64,000 nt of DNA from the human T2T-CHM13v2.0 reference genome, Homo sapiens, in NCBI RefSeq assembly GCF_009914755.1, contig NC_060933.1. One strand, 5' to 3'. The notes under the pieces were generated by a model, which was not told the origin of the DNA, ran no database searches, and saw only the letters and a program-made list of their open reading frames with translations. Position 1 is the first letter of the stretch; every line of letters begins with the position of its first letter. Of the stretch, positions 1-24,408 are shown piece after piece. Both the position numbers and the translations under genes were made by a program.

Positions 1-2372
<2,372 letters not shown>

Positions 2373-2446
2373 CTGAGATGTTCCTTTTCCTTGGAACTTG
2401 ATCAACACAAAATCCTGAGGCCTGGTGTGGGTGTGTTCCTCTGGGG

Positions 2447-2610
2447 CAGATTCTCAACTGGGGACACTTCTGCCCCCAAGGACACATTTCAACATCCTGA
2501 GACATTTCCGGGTGTCATCACAGTGTGCACGCACGTGTATGTACCTGCACACGCTACTGGCACCTCGCGGATAGAGCCCAGGGACGCTGCTCACATCCTG
2601 CACGGAGACT
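2447..2610 (+). mobile_element. MER20-like (hAT-Charlie) DNA transposon relic in the SAPCD2 3'UTR
   Basis: TTCTCAACTGGGG...TGCCCCCAAGGACACATTT...GAGACATTT...GCTACTGGCAC...GGGACGCTGCTCACATCCT follows the MER20 consensus as recalled. Confidence 0.7.
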
Positions 2611-3395
2611 GACCCGCCCAGCGTCCTAGGGCAGGCTCCAGGCAGGGTCTGCATGTGCCTCTGCCAGCCACCTAGACCCTGCCAGCCGGGGCCTTTAAAT
2701 TCTCCCCTCATGGTCTCCAGGGCCACTCACTAGCCTGATTTCAAGCTGTAAACTGGGAGGACCTATTTCTTTTCACCTTGCACGGAACACCAAGGCTGAA
2801 AGGCAGTTTTTCCGGAGGTGCCAGCCTGTCTCACATTTCCGCTTCAGCTGCGGGGTCCAGCTCTATGTGGGCGGTCTCCTGATGAAGTCACCCCGGGACA
2901 GACACTGTTCTGTCTCCTGCTTCCAGTCCAGTAAAGATGCCAGGATCCCCCAGGGCATGGCAGGCACCCTCAAAGGCAGACGTGGGGAGGCCCTGGTGGG
3001 CAGACCCCAGCCTGCTGACGGGGGGCTTCTCCCTGGCTGCCACTGGCCCACCCACTGCGCTGCAGTCCACCTGGTGCTGGGGCTGTGGGGCACAGGCCCT
3101 CAGGACCTGCACCCTTTCCTGCCCAGGAGGTCCAGGCCTGACATCCTTATGTCCCCTGGAAAGCCCACTCCCATCTTCAGGGTAGGAGGGCAGCTGCATG
3201 CTGGGCTGACTTGGGCCTGTCCTGGGACACCCCTGCAGACCAGGTGCAGCAGGGAATGTGGCTCTGTGGGGTTGCTGTGGGCAGGTTAGCATGGAGCTGG
3301 GCTCCGGAAGGGAGTTGCCACGCTGCCTGCCAGGGCCCCTCCTCTGAGACAGGTGCCTTGTGGGACAGTGTACCAAAGTGCCCTGGACACGAGGG

Positions 3396-3472
3396 GGCCC
3401 TGCGCCCCCCACGCACTGACCCCGCATCGGAGGCCCTGCGCCCCACACACACTGACCCCGCATCGGGGGCCC
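3396..3472. repeat. About 37-bp tandem duplication in the SAPCD2 3'UTR
   Basis: GGCCCTGCGCCCC(C/A)CAC(G/A)CACTGACCCCGCATCGG occurs twice. Confidence 0.85.
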
Positions 3473-4573
3473 TGGGCTGCAGAACCCATCGATGCTGTTG
3501 CCGTGCCCCTGGTTCTGGTGACACTGGGACCCTCCAGGTTGGGCTGAGCAGGGCCCCCCCACCAGTGCGTACTCCAGCACCAGCGGGAGTGGGCCTGGGC
3601 AGGGGCTGAGGGAGTGACACCCAAGGGGACCTGCCCCAGCCTCCTCCTGTACCCTGGGGGTTCTCGTTTTCCTTGGCTGAGGGAGGTGGCCTCTCCCAGC
3701 TGAAACCTGGGGACAGGCTGGGCGTGAGAGCAAAGGGGGGTGAGCAGGACCCCAGGCCTTGGAAATCCTGAGTCGGGGGAACAGGCTTTGCCTATGACGT
3801 GCCTGGGAGCTGTCTGGGGGCCCTCCTGGGGAGCCAGGCTCACAGGATGTTGTGTGGGACTCAACGTGGGGCAACGTCCCGGCCAAGAGGGGGAAGGCCA
3901 TCACCCCAGGGTCTGTGGGAGGCACATGCAGGCCAAGCTCTCGCCCACCCGGCGTGCCGATCCGCTGCAGCCAGGGTCCCTCAGCCTTGGCCAGAACCTG
4001 AAGTCCGACCGCTATCCCTGGGGCTCCCCAGCCAGGCAGGCACCCCCCGCTTACAGGCCGTCCCCACCCCCTCCATCTACTTCCGTCCGTCCGAGCTACA
4101 GCCACCTCGTCCTGGTGCCCTGGTTGAGCGGGAAGCTGCCCTTGGACCCGCGTCGGAGCCGCCCCGCGCCCTCTGCTGCCCGTTGTTGGAAGTGCAGCCT
4201 GGCGTGGGCAGTGCCTTTCCCTGAAGATGGGACCCAGGGCGGCACCGCTGGAAACGGGGGGACGCTAACTCATGGAGGGGTACCCCACTGTCCACTGACA
4301 GCGGCAGTAGTAGCTGCGGACTATGCGGACTCAAGAGAGCCCCAGCCCATGTCAGCACCAGGAGCCAAAACGGAGTCAAGCGCTCGGTGCGGGGACCAGC
4401 CGGGGGCAGGCCTGGGGAGCCCATCTGGCAAGGGCGGCAGGAAGGCGCCCACTCCGGGACTGTGCCTGGGCCTGCCGGGGGTCTCCAGCCAGAGAGGGTG
4501 GGTGCGATGGGGCGCCCACCCTCGAAGGGCTGAGTGCCAGGCTGGCCCTGGGGGCCCACGCGGCCCACAAGGA

Positions 4574-10373
<5,800 letters not shown>

Positions 10374-11699
10374 GGGCGCCCGGGATCGGTCCCCTCGTCC
10401 ACCCGCGTGCGTCCCAGCGCGGCCCCACGGAGGGGCCGGCCCGGCGAGCTCAGCCCACGGCGACAATAGCGACTACTTTTGAATGGGGCCCTCCTCGCGG
10501 CGTCAGCCCTCATTAACATGCGCCGCGGCCATTGGCCGAGCCCGTCCCATCTGCTCTCTGATAGGCTGAGAGGAGGTTTGATTTTTTTTTTTTTTTTTTC
10601 TTGCCGAGTGGCCCTGGGAGGCGCGCGGAGGCCCTGGGCAGGCGGAACCGGATCCCCCAGCTCCTGCTCCACTCTGGCCTCGCAGACCTTCCTTTCTGCC
10701 CCGCCCCAGCCCCACCAAACCTCCTGCCGCGGCCAGGCGCTTTCTCGGATCCAGCTGTGGCTGGCTGCCCCGGCCACCTCTCCAAGGGGCGGGGCCTGGC
10801 ACCCTACAAAAAAACCTGTCTCCAGGTAGCCTCGTGGGGTAAGAATGGGGGGGGGCACCCCCTCCAAAGATCCCACTTTTCCCCTCTAGTTCCCTGGCCG
10901 CAAGCACAGGTGACCCTGCGGCCCCCTTCTCTTCCACCAGGAGGGCCCCAAGAGGATCGTAGGCTCCAGCCAGCTGGGCGCTTCCCACTCACAGAGGCCT
11001 TTCTGTCCCCACTGCTGCTGGCTCCTCCTCTGGTCCCTCGGGACAGTCTGGCCTGGCCTGCCTGCTGCAGAACAAAGCCACTTTCTCCTGTGTCCCCAGA
11101 TCCCCATCTAGTGACCAGCTCCCTCTGCCTCTTGCTCTCCTCTCCTCCTTCCCCTGGCTGGACACCTCCTCCAGCTGCTCTCCTGGCTCCCGCAGCCCTG
11201 TCCCCCTGCCTCTGCTGTGTTTCCAGCTGGGATCTGGTCACTCTGTCTTCATTTGGTCTGTCCACATGGGAGGTGAGACCAGGCCTTAGCCTGGGTTCTA
11301 GCCCTGGGAGCCCATCTCAGGGCTGGCCAGTAGTACCCTCTAGGTTCCAGGGAGGTGTTCAGGGTGCAAACACCCTCCCCAGACAGGCCCCCAATCCGAG
11401 ACTTGCCTTGGCCCTCTGCGGGTCTCCCACCCTCCCTCCTGGGCAGGCCTCAGCTGGCATACCTACCTGGGTCTCTGTCCTCAGGCCTGAGCCACTGGTG
11501 CCTGTGTCTCAAGCTGTAGAGGCATCTTCCCAGGCCAGGGAGTATCCTGGGTCCACTTCTCTTCTGGGTCACTCACTCTAAGTGGGACTCCTTCATCGTA
11601 GGGAATGCTGGAAGGACATAAGAAGCTCTGAGCCTGGAGCAGCCCATCAGAGCTTGGTCCTGTAAGCCAGCTTCCCCTTTAATGGCTGGTCTGCTCAAA

Positions 11700-14619
<2,920 letters not shown>

Positions 14620-15000
14620 TCACAGGGGAGTCAGGCAGCCAACAATGCAGAAAGGCAGCCTGGCACGGAGGATGGGAAGGTGCTCACCGAGTGGGCGTGG
14701 CCTGGGGAGCTGAGGCCTGACCAAATGCGTCCCCAGCCACACGTTTCTCTGGGGACAAGCGGTCCAGGAGGGAGGAACAGGAAGTGCAGAGACCCTGAGG
14801 CAGGCCCGAAAAGCAACTCCATGCAGGTCCAGAAGAGTGCATGTGGGCCTTGCCCCAGGGGTGAAGCCCCCTCCCAAACTCAGTGAGGGCATGTGTGTGG
14901 AGGTGGGGGCAGAACCCAACTGCAAGGAAACACAACTGCCTGAGGGGTCCACGGGGCAGCATGAGGGAGATGTTAGTTTTCATTTTGGGTCCTAGATCAC

Positions 15001-15543
15001 TGTCAGAGGTGTGTGAACCAGAGCAACTCCATCTTGAATGGGAGCTGGGTAAAATAAGGCTGGGGCCTACTGAGCTGCATTTCTGGATGGTTAAAGGATT
15101 CCAAGTCAGGATGACACAGGAGGTCGGCACAAGATACAGGTCACAAAGACCTTGCTGATAAAAGAGGTTCCGATAAAGAAGCCGGCCAAAACCCACCAAA
15201 ACCAAGATGGCAACGACAGTGACCTCTGGTTGTCCTTGCCGCTACACTCCCACCAGCACCATGACGGTTTACAGATGCCACTGCAACGTCAGGAAGTTCC
15301 CCTATATGGTCTACAAAGGGGAGGGATGAATTATCCACTCCTTGTTTAGCATGTCATCCAAAAAAACATAACAATGGGCAACCAGCAGCCCTCAGGGCTG
15401 CTCTGTCTGTAGAGAAACCATTCTTTATTCCTTTACTTTCCTGATAACTTGCTTTTGCTTTACTGTATGGGCTTGCCCTGAATTCTTTCTTGCGCAAGAT
15501 CCAAGAACCCTCTCTTGAGGTCTGGAACCTCTTTCCTGTAACA
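15001..15543 (+). mobile_element. MER41 solo LTR (ERV1), most like MER41A
   Basis: Starts TGTCAGAGG..GAACCAGAGCAACTCCATCTTGAAT and ends CCAAGAACCCTCTCTTG...TTTCCTGTAACA. It lacks the tandem-GAS segment of MER41B. Confidence 0.85.
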
Positions 15544-15549
15544 GCATGA

Positions 15550-16595
<1,046 letters not shown>

Positions 16596-16899
16596 ACAAG
16601 CAAGATATTTTAAAACCTGATAGTAAAATAACAATGTGGGCGAGGGGCTGCAGAGCGCTCTGGTCACCAGGCAATGGGAAGCAGGAAGGGTGTGCGGGAG
16701 GGAGCCCCAAGCCGCGGGATGGCATCCCGGAACCTGGTCTGGTTCCAGCCTCCCAACAGCTCAGCCGTAGCCCAGGCCTCTTCAATGCACTCTGGCCGGT
16801 TGTCTCTGCACCAGGAGGTCTCCGTCCAAGTCTTGGTTAGCGCAAAGGTGGCCATGCCACTCTCAGGTTCAAAGCCCGTGCTGGGACAGAACCTAGCTT

Positions 16900-17427
16900 T
16901 CCCCTGCGGGGCGTCCCTGGGGCCTCTTCCTCCCTTAGCTCAATGGTCGATTCCTCTGCCCACGCCAGCTGGCGCGACCCAGAGGGTCCTGGGATTTCTC
17001 GGGGCGGGGCGCGGAGTGGACAGGGCGGGCATGGGCCCGGGGCCTGGAGAAGAGCAGGAACGGGGACGGGAGCTCGAGGGAGCAGGCCAGGGCCAGACAC
17101 CGGAGCGGGTCCAGGGGACGGAGAGGGACGGGGGACAGGCTGGAGAGATGGGGCTGGGCCCTGTCTCGAGTCTCGGACCGGACGCGGGGGGGCTGGGGGG
17201 ATGTAGACAGGGCGGGGTCAGAGAGAACCCGGACAGAGTCTGGGGTGCGCAGCGGGGGTGGGCGGGCTCCAGGGCAGGGCGCGGGACCGGGCGGGATGGG
17301 GCGGGGCGGGGCGGGGCGGGGCGCCCGGGGCCCGCCCCACTGGGGGGTCTACACCGCCCGCCCGGTCTCGTGACGCTGGTCAGTGGCGCGGGTCACGAGT
17401 GCCGACTTGACAGACGGCAGCGGCGAC
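16900..17427 (+). promoter_or_regulatory. UAP1L1 CpG-island promoter with tandem GC boxes (GGGGC)x5 at about 17298-17323 and paired CLEAR/E-box-like sites
   Basis: CpG-rich. CTCGTGAC at 17367-17374 and GTCACGAG at 17392-17399. A ZNF143/THAP11-like ACTACAGTTCCC motif lies on minus at about 17793-17804 in intron 1. Confidence 0.75.
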
Positions 17428-20400
17428 ATGGCTTCGGAGCAGGACGTGCGCGCCCGGCTGCAGCGCGCTGGCCAGGAGCACCTCCTGCGCTTCTGGGCCG
17501 AGCTGGCGCCGGAGCCACGAGCCGCGCTGCTGGCGGAGCTGGCGCTGCTGGAGCCCGAGGCGCTGCGCGAGCACTGCCGGCGGGCGGCGGAGGCCTGCGC
17601 GCGCCCCCACGGCCCGCCGCCCGACTTGGCCGCGCGCCTGCGGCCCCTGCCCCCAGAGCGCGTGGGCAGGGCCAGCCGCAGCGACCCCGAGACACGGCGG
17701 CGCTGGGAGGAGGAAGGTAAGCGGGGTGGGAGGCCCTGGGGGCCGGCAGGGGGTCGTGCCCACGGAGCGGGTGGGAACCGAGGCCGCGCTCGGGGAACTG
17801 TAGTTCTCCTCGCTACTTTGAGACGTGTCTCGCCTCACGCGTTCCGGCCCCCGAGTCCTGGCGCCCCAGCCCCAGAGTTGGTTTCCCCTAAAGCGGAAGG
17901 GTGGGCGGGTCCCGGGCGTCCCTTCACGGCGCCCGTACCCCCAGGTTTCCGTCAGATTTCTCTGAACAAGGTGGCCGTCCTGCTGCTGGCTGGGGGGCAG
18001 GGCACTCGCCTGGGCGTGACCTACCCCAAGGGTATGTACCGTGTGGGGCTGCCCAGCCGGAAGACCCTGTACCAGCTGCAGGCGGAGCGGATTCGGCGGG
18101 TGGAGCAGCTGGCCGGTGAGCGCCACGGGACCCGCTGCACCGTCCCCTGGTGTGTCCTGCCTGCCCTACCTCGGCCCGGAGGTACCCTTCCCCACGCCCC
18201 CCCACATCCCCGCTCCAGACGCGAGCCCCAACCCCGGCACAGACCGGGACATTGCCCAGAACCGGCCCAAAATGGGGCCTGGCCCCAGCCCCAACTGGAC
18301 ACTGGACCCCGAACCCCGATGCCGGCTCTGGTCCGAGCCCCGCCTGCCTGCAGGGCCAGGCGTACTCGCGGCCGGCTCACCGCGCCTCCCTTGCAGGTAC
18401 GTCATGACCAGCGAGTTCACTCTGGGGCCCACGGCCGAGTTCTTCAGGGAGCACAACTTCTTCCACCTGGACCCCGCCAACGTGGTCATGTTTGAGCAGC
18501 GCCTGCTGCCTGCTGTGACCTTTGATGGCAAGGTTATCCTGGAGCGGAAAGACAAAGTTGCCATGGCCCCAGGTGTGGCCCGTTCCTGAGACGGGGAGGG
18601 ACCGCCCAGACTAGAACTGGGAGCGTAGCTGGGGGTCCACGCGCCCGGGTTCGCGGCTGCCCCGAGGCTGTGTGGTCCCGGGTTAGGCGCCTCTTTTTCT
18701 GGGCCTTGATCGTCATTTGTCACATGGTACACCAACTGGGCTGTCTGGTTAGTGACCAGGGCTGCCTTAGGCACAAGGCCGGGGCTTCCCCCGCCTCCAG
18801 CACGTCCTAGACTCCCAGAGCGATCCCTGGCGGGAGCCCTCGCGATGCCCATTCCCTTCTCCGTCTGCAGACGGCAACGGGGGCCTCTACTGCGCGCTGG
18901 AGGACCACAAGATCCTGGAGGACATGGAGCGCCGGGGAGTGGAGTTTGTGCACGTGTACTGTGTGGACAACATCCTGGTGCGGCTGGCGGACCCTGTCTT
19001 CATCGGCTTCTGTGTGTTGCAGGGCGCAGACTGTGGCGCCAAGGTTAGCGCCCGACCGCGCGGCGCCCCGCCCCCGAGGCTGGCCCCGCCCCTCGCGGAG
19101 CCCCGCCCCTCCGCCCAGCCCTCGGAACCCATCCCTGGTCTTGGCTGCAGGTGGTGGAAAAGGCATACCCCGAGGAGCCCGTGGGCGTGGTGTGCCAGGT
19201 GGACGGTGTCCCCCAGGTGGTGGAGTACAGCGAGATCAGTCCTGAGACCGCACAGCTACGTGCCTCCGACGGGAGCCTGCTGTACAATGCAGGCAACATC
19301 TGCAACCACTTCTTCACCCGAGGCTTCCTTAAGGCGGTCACCAGGTGTGCGGCAGCAGGTGGCTGCGGATTGCCGGCCAGAGCCGCCTGCGTTGACCAGG
19401 GACCCGCGGGGTCCCAGTGAGCTGAGTGCCCTGGGCCACAGCGGCTGTGGTCAGGAGTGGCTGTGGTCAGGCACGGCTGATGGGTCGGGGTGGAGAATGG
19501 ATCCTGAGCTTGCAAAGGCAGAGGTGCTGGAGATCAGGCACAAGCCGTGCTCAGCAGGCAGCTGCTGTAAGGCTCTGTGATCAAGTCTGCCATCTCCTCC
19601 TTCTGGGGACCTGCCCTGGTGCCCAGGGTGCTACCTCTGCTCTGGGGCTTGCCAGTTTGTTTGCCTGGGCAGGGATGTGGCTGATGGTGCCTGGCACTTG
19701 GCACAGGGATGCAGGGAGGAGGCCTGTGCCTGCTTCTCCCTGGAGATCTGGCCCTACTCTGCCGCTTCTGTGCCCTGTAGTGTCCTTCTGCCATCCTGTC
19801 CCACCCAGCTGGGTGTGCTCAGAAGTGGGGACAGAGCCCCCAGCGGTGCCATATCTGATCTGTTTCTTTCCTCCCCTCTGCTCTCCCGTGCCCCAGGGAG
19901 TTTGAGCCTTTGCTGAAGCCACACGTGGCTGTGAAGAAGGTCCCGTATGTGGATGAGGAGGGGAATCTGGTAAAGCCGCTAAAACCGAACGGGATAAAGA
20001 TGGAGAAGTTTGTGTTTGATGTGTTCCGGTTTGCTAAGTTAGTAGTAGAACTCATTTATTTTCCCCTTCTTCCTTCTCTCAGTTTTGGTGGTGGGAACTG
20101 AGGCGCAGCTGGTAGGGAAGTAGAGGCTTGAGGGAGCCAAGGGCCCCGCGGGCAAGTCTCAGGGAGAAGACCAGAGGGTGCTCTTGGCCCTGAGGGTAAG
20201 CAGCCCCTGAGGTGGGGGCATAGGGAGTCCTTGGGGCTGTGGACTTGGGAGGACAGTAGTGCCACCTCCCGGACCTTCCACTGCCCCCACCCATGGTTAG
20301 GAGAGGTCTCCTGGCCAGGTTGCCAGGGCGGCTCGCAGGGCCTTTGGCCCTCACTGCAGGGGTCCCAGGGTTGGGCCTTCGGCTGCTGGAAATGGCTGCT

Positions 20401-22624
20401 GGGATTGGGCCATCCCTGGCGTCTCAGGAGCAAAAACACTCAGTACCTGCGGGGGCTCCTCCCTAGACTTGCTGCCCATGGGACCAGACCTTCACTCTGT
20501 CACTGGAAACCTGGCCCAGCTCTCACCTGCCCGGATCAGGGCCTCTGTGCCGGGACGTGGGTGACTAGCCCTTTCCCCACCAGGAACTTTGCTGCCTTGG
20601 AAGTGCTGCGGGAGGAGGAATTTTCCCCACTGAAGAACGCAGAGCCAGCCGACAGGGACAGTCCCCGCACCGCTCGCCAGGCCCTGCTCACCCAGCACTA
20701 CCGGTGGGCTCTGCGGGCCGGGGCCCGCTTCCTGGATGCCCATGGGGCCTGGCTCCCAGAGCTGCCCAGGTGAGTGTGGCCCTGGGGTAGCTACAGCCAG
20801 AAGGGGAGGGCTGTCAGGACCCAATCTTCAGCTCCAGAGCCCTGTTGGCTCTGCGACAGCCATGCTGGGGAGGGGTCTTCCTTCCCGGCACCACCGCAGG
20901 TGCAGGTAGCCTTGTGCCCAGCCAGCTCCAGGTCACACGGTGACCGTCGGCACAGCCTCCTGGCCCGACCCTTGAAGTTGTGCTCAGTGCACTGAGGGAG
21001 GCAGGGGCTCCCCAACTCCCTCCCCAACTTATCCACAAGGTTTTGGTTTGTTTACAAAGGCATACTTAGATTTGGCTTTTATTTATTTATTTTTATTTTT
21101 ATTTACTTTTTTGAGATGGAGTCTCGCTCTGTCGCCCAGGCTGTAGTGCAGTGGTGGGATCTCGGCTCGCTGCAAGCTCCACCCTCCCCCGGTTTCCACC
21201 ATTCTCCTGCCTCAGCCTCCTGAGTAGCTGGGACTACAGGCGCCCGCCACCACGCCCGGCTCATTTTTTTGTATTTTTTTTTTTTTTTAGTAGAGACAGG
21301 GTTTCACCGTGTTAGCCAGGATGGTCTCAAACTCCTGACCTGTGATCTGCCCGCCTCGGCCTCGCAAAGTGCTGGGATTACAGGCGTGAGCCACCTCACC
21401 CGGCTATTTTTTTATTTTTATTTTTCTTATTTGTATACATTTGTGGGGTGTGTGTGCAACTTTGGTCAGTCAGGTCAGGGCTTTTAGGGGATCCATCACC
21501 CAACCAACGTTGTTCCCATTTATTCACAGGCTTTGAAACTGAGCCCCGGGCATGAATTTAGAAAGTAGCAGGACAGTTTGATTTCAGGGCTGGGAAAGAA
21601 AAGGACGTTTGGCTTCCATCTCCCTGATTTTCTAGGGCCACCCCTAAATCTAGCTGCCTAGGCTCTGCGTGGGAGGCCTGTGGGGGTGCTTTCTACCCCA
21701 AATCAGGTCCTGTCACTTGGCAGTGGGATGTGTGCTCAGGGTTTGGGGTGTCCAGAGGAAGATGAGCTTGCTGAGACAGGAGCTGTGGGGAGCCAGGTGT
21801 GTAGAGCTCAGTCTCCTATCGGGACTGGGGGTGCTGGGGGAGGGCTCTGGGCAGGTGCTGCAAGGAGATATTGACAAGTGGACTTTCCCTAGCTTGCCCC
21901 CAAATGGAGACCCTCCGGCCATCTGTGAGATATCGCCCTTGGTGTCTTACTCTGGAGAGGTGAGAGCTGCCCATCCCTATCTGGGGCTTTTCTGGTGTCA
22001 GGTTTGGAATACCATCTGGGGAGAGGTGGCTGCTCGGGTGGAGACGGCACAGCTCTACCTCGGTTAACCAATGGGGTCGGTGGTTTAAATTTGCAGAAGA
22101 CTTTCCAAGATATGGGTTGGGGTGGGGTGAGGCATCCAGAGGCCTTTGCAGGTCCTGGGAGGGCATGGGGATGAGACAGCCCAGGTCTGAGCCCAGTGTG
22201 GGGCCAGTCAGGCCTTGGTGGGGGCCTTGCGGAGGGAGGACACCGGCCTCTGCTACCTCCCTGACCTCGGCTGCCCTTGCCCCTTTCTCTGGTCAGGTCA
22301 GACCTGTGCGTGACAGGAGGGTCCCCTGCTGGCCTAGGGTCTTGAGTGTGGTCTTGGGTGGCCTTGCAGTGTGTGTCTGCTCCTGGCCCTGGAAGCCTTT
22401 CTGTCCCCACCCCTCCCTGACTCCAGGCAGACCTGGGATCGCACCTGGGGACTGTGGCTCTTGGTGTGGCCAGAGGGGCTGTGACCCGCCAAAAGGTGGG
22501 TACTTGGCCATTGTCCCCTGCTCGTCTCCAGGGTTTAGAAGTGTACCTGCAAGGCCGGGAGTTCCAGTCCCCGCTCATCCTGGATGAAGACCAGGCCAGG
22601 GAGCCGCAGCTGCAGGAGTCCTGA
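17428..22624 (+). CDS. UAP1L1: UDP-N-acetylhexosamine pyrophosphorylase-like protein 1, 9 coding exons, 507 aa
   Basis: Exons 17428-17716, 17945-18149, 18397-18572, 18871-19043, 19151-19344, 19897-20037, 20584-20769, 21893-21959, 22532-22624 (TGA), total 1524 nt. UAP motifs [45 protein letters not shown] and EFSPLKN are present. Confidence 0.97.
21075..21405 (-). mobile_element. AluY-like element in UAP1L1 intron 7
   Basis: Alu consensus with GCAAGCTCC and GTTAGCCAGGATGG diagnostics. Confidence 0.85.
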
Positions 22625-22642
22625 CCCGCCCAGACTGCCCCC

Positions 22643-22720
22643 AGACTCCCCCGAGACCTGCCAGCCCCGGCATCCTGGAAGTCCCGACTCCCCCCAGACC
22701 TGCCAGCCCCGGCGTCCTGG
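22643..22720. repeat. About 42-bp tandem duplication just after the UAP1L1 stop
   Basis: GACTCCCCC(G/C)AGACCTGCCAGCCCCGGC(A/G)TCCTGGA occurs twice. Confidence 0.8.
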
Positions 22721-24087
22721 AGCTGGGGGCTACAGCCCAGCCTGAGCTCTGGGTGGGAAAGCAGCCTGCCCCATGCTTCCAGCCTGCAGAACACAGAATG
22801 AAACATGCTGGTAGACTCCACGAGGGCAGGGCCTCTCCTGTCGCCTCTGGACACAAGTGGCGACAGCCTGCTGGGGGCTCTGTGGCTCCATTCCTGGCTG
22901 TGGGGTCTAGTCAAGAGGCAGAGGGACTTGGGACCTGGGAGAATGGGGCTGAGAGGAGGCTTCGGGTTGGGGCCCAAGGGAGGTGTGGTGTCATCTGGGG
23001 AGAACAGGAGGGCATGTCCCTTTGGGAGCCCGCCTTGTGGATCCACCACACCCCACCGAGCACTAGAAGCTGCATAAGCTACACAGGATGTGCTTCTGCA
23101 GCCTACAGATGCAGAACCAGAATGAGGGGGACAATTCCACCCACTCGAGGGCTGCCCCCTCTTCCTTAGCAGACGAACCAGTAATGGGGGCAAGGCTGGG
23201 GCATCCCAGCCCACACACCCTGGATGCCCAGCAAGGCCACAGAAAGAGCCTGATGTCCATGATCCAGGTGGCTCTGAGAAGCTTGGCCTGGACACCTGAG
23301 CCTGCGGCCGGTACTCCTGCCTTCTCCCCATCTATCCCCAAGGCCTCTGCCTCTCAGCCTCTTCCATGGTCGGTTTAGGCTGCTGAGTTTTCTGTGCTTC
23401 CCCAAGAACCAGTGGGATCAATGCCGGCGGCCTCTGTGATGGTTGCTGACTAATCCGGGATTTCATGAGTCAGAGGCACCACCCCTCACCCCAGCTGCCT
23501 GCTGCTTCTGACGGATCTTGGTGCTCAGGCTGCCTGGCTCTCCGAGTGAGGACGCAGCCTCCATATTTGGTGCACTCAGGCATGGCTGGGACAAGCCAGC
23601 TGCCCCAGGGTTCTTCCCCTGGTGATTCTCGCCTGCTTTCTCATCTCAGGGGAGGCAGTGGCACCTCCCTCTCCCTGCTGACATGAAGAGAGCTATGATA
23701 TGCCACTGCTGCCAACTCATCCTCTGCCCCCACCTCGAAACCCACAGTCCCCAGTGGAGGGCCACTACTCATCCCCATTGGTTTCCCAGGGGAGGGGTGT
23801 TGTCTGGAAGGGCAGGTTCAGATGCAGCCTTCCAGATTTAGAGGCACTGGGAGGACAGTGGCTGAGTGGAGGCGCCCAGACCTGGGCAGGCAGCAGGCTC
23901 AGGCCCACACCTTGTGATTTTTGAAACCAAAGCCCAGAAGATGATGTTTACTTCTCTCTCCCTGGCTCTGCCCTTCTTACTGCAAACCATGCTGTGCCTT
24001 AGGGCCCTTCTCATAGCTGTTCCTCATGGCCATGACTGGAACAGGGATGCAACCTCTTTCTACACAAGCACAGTTAGTTGGGTGAAG

Positions 24088-24368
24088 TCTTTTTTTTTGT
24101 TTGTTTTAGACGGAGTTTCACTCTTGTTGCCCAGGCTGGAGTGAAGTGGCGTGACCTTGGCTCACTGCAACCTCCAGGCCAGCCTCAGCCTCCCTAGTAG
24201 CTGGGACTACAGGCACCCACTACCACGCCTGGCTAATTCTTTGTATTTTTAGTAGAGATGGGGTTTGACCGTGTTAGCCAGGATGGTCTCGATCTCCTGA
24301 CCTCGTGATCCACCCACCTCGGCCTCCCAAAGTGCTGGGATTATAGGTGTGAGCCACCGCGCCGGGCC
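24088..24368 (-). mobile_element. Antisense Alu in the UAP1L1 3'UTR
   Basis: Alu consensus upstream of the poly(A) signal. Confidence 0.9.
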
Positions 24369-24408
24369 GGTTGCTGGCATCTTAATGTTCTGTAGGTGGA
24401 ATATTTCC

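Noticed and set aside
10374-10466. In-frame TTG-initiated N-terminal extension of SAPCD2 (and GTG at 17383 for UAP1L1)
   Set aside because: Near-cognate starts very close to or upstream of the likely TSS, with no supporting evidence in the sequence.
15001-15543. Interferon-inducible MER41B enhancer
   Set aside because: The tandem GAS segment is absent.
21889-23331. 480-aa minus-strand ORF antisense to the UAP1L1 3' end
   Set aside because: GC-rich low-complexity sequence with no domain or supporting gene structure.
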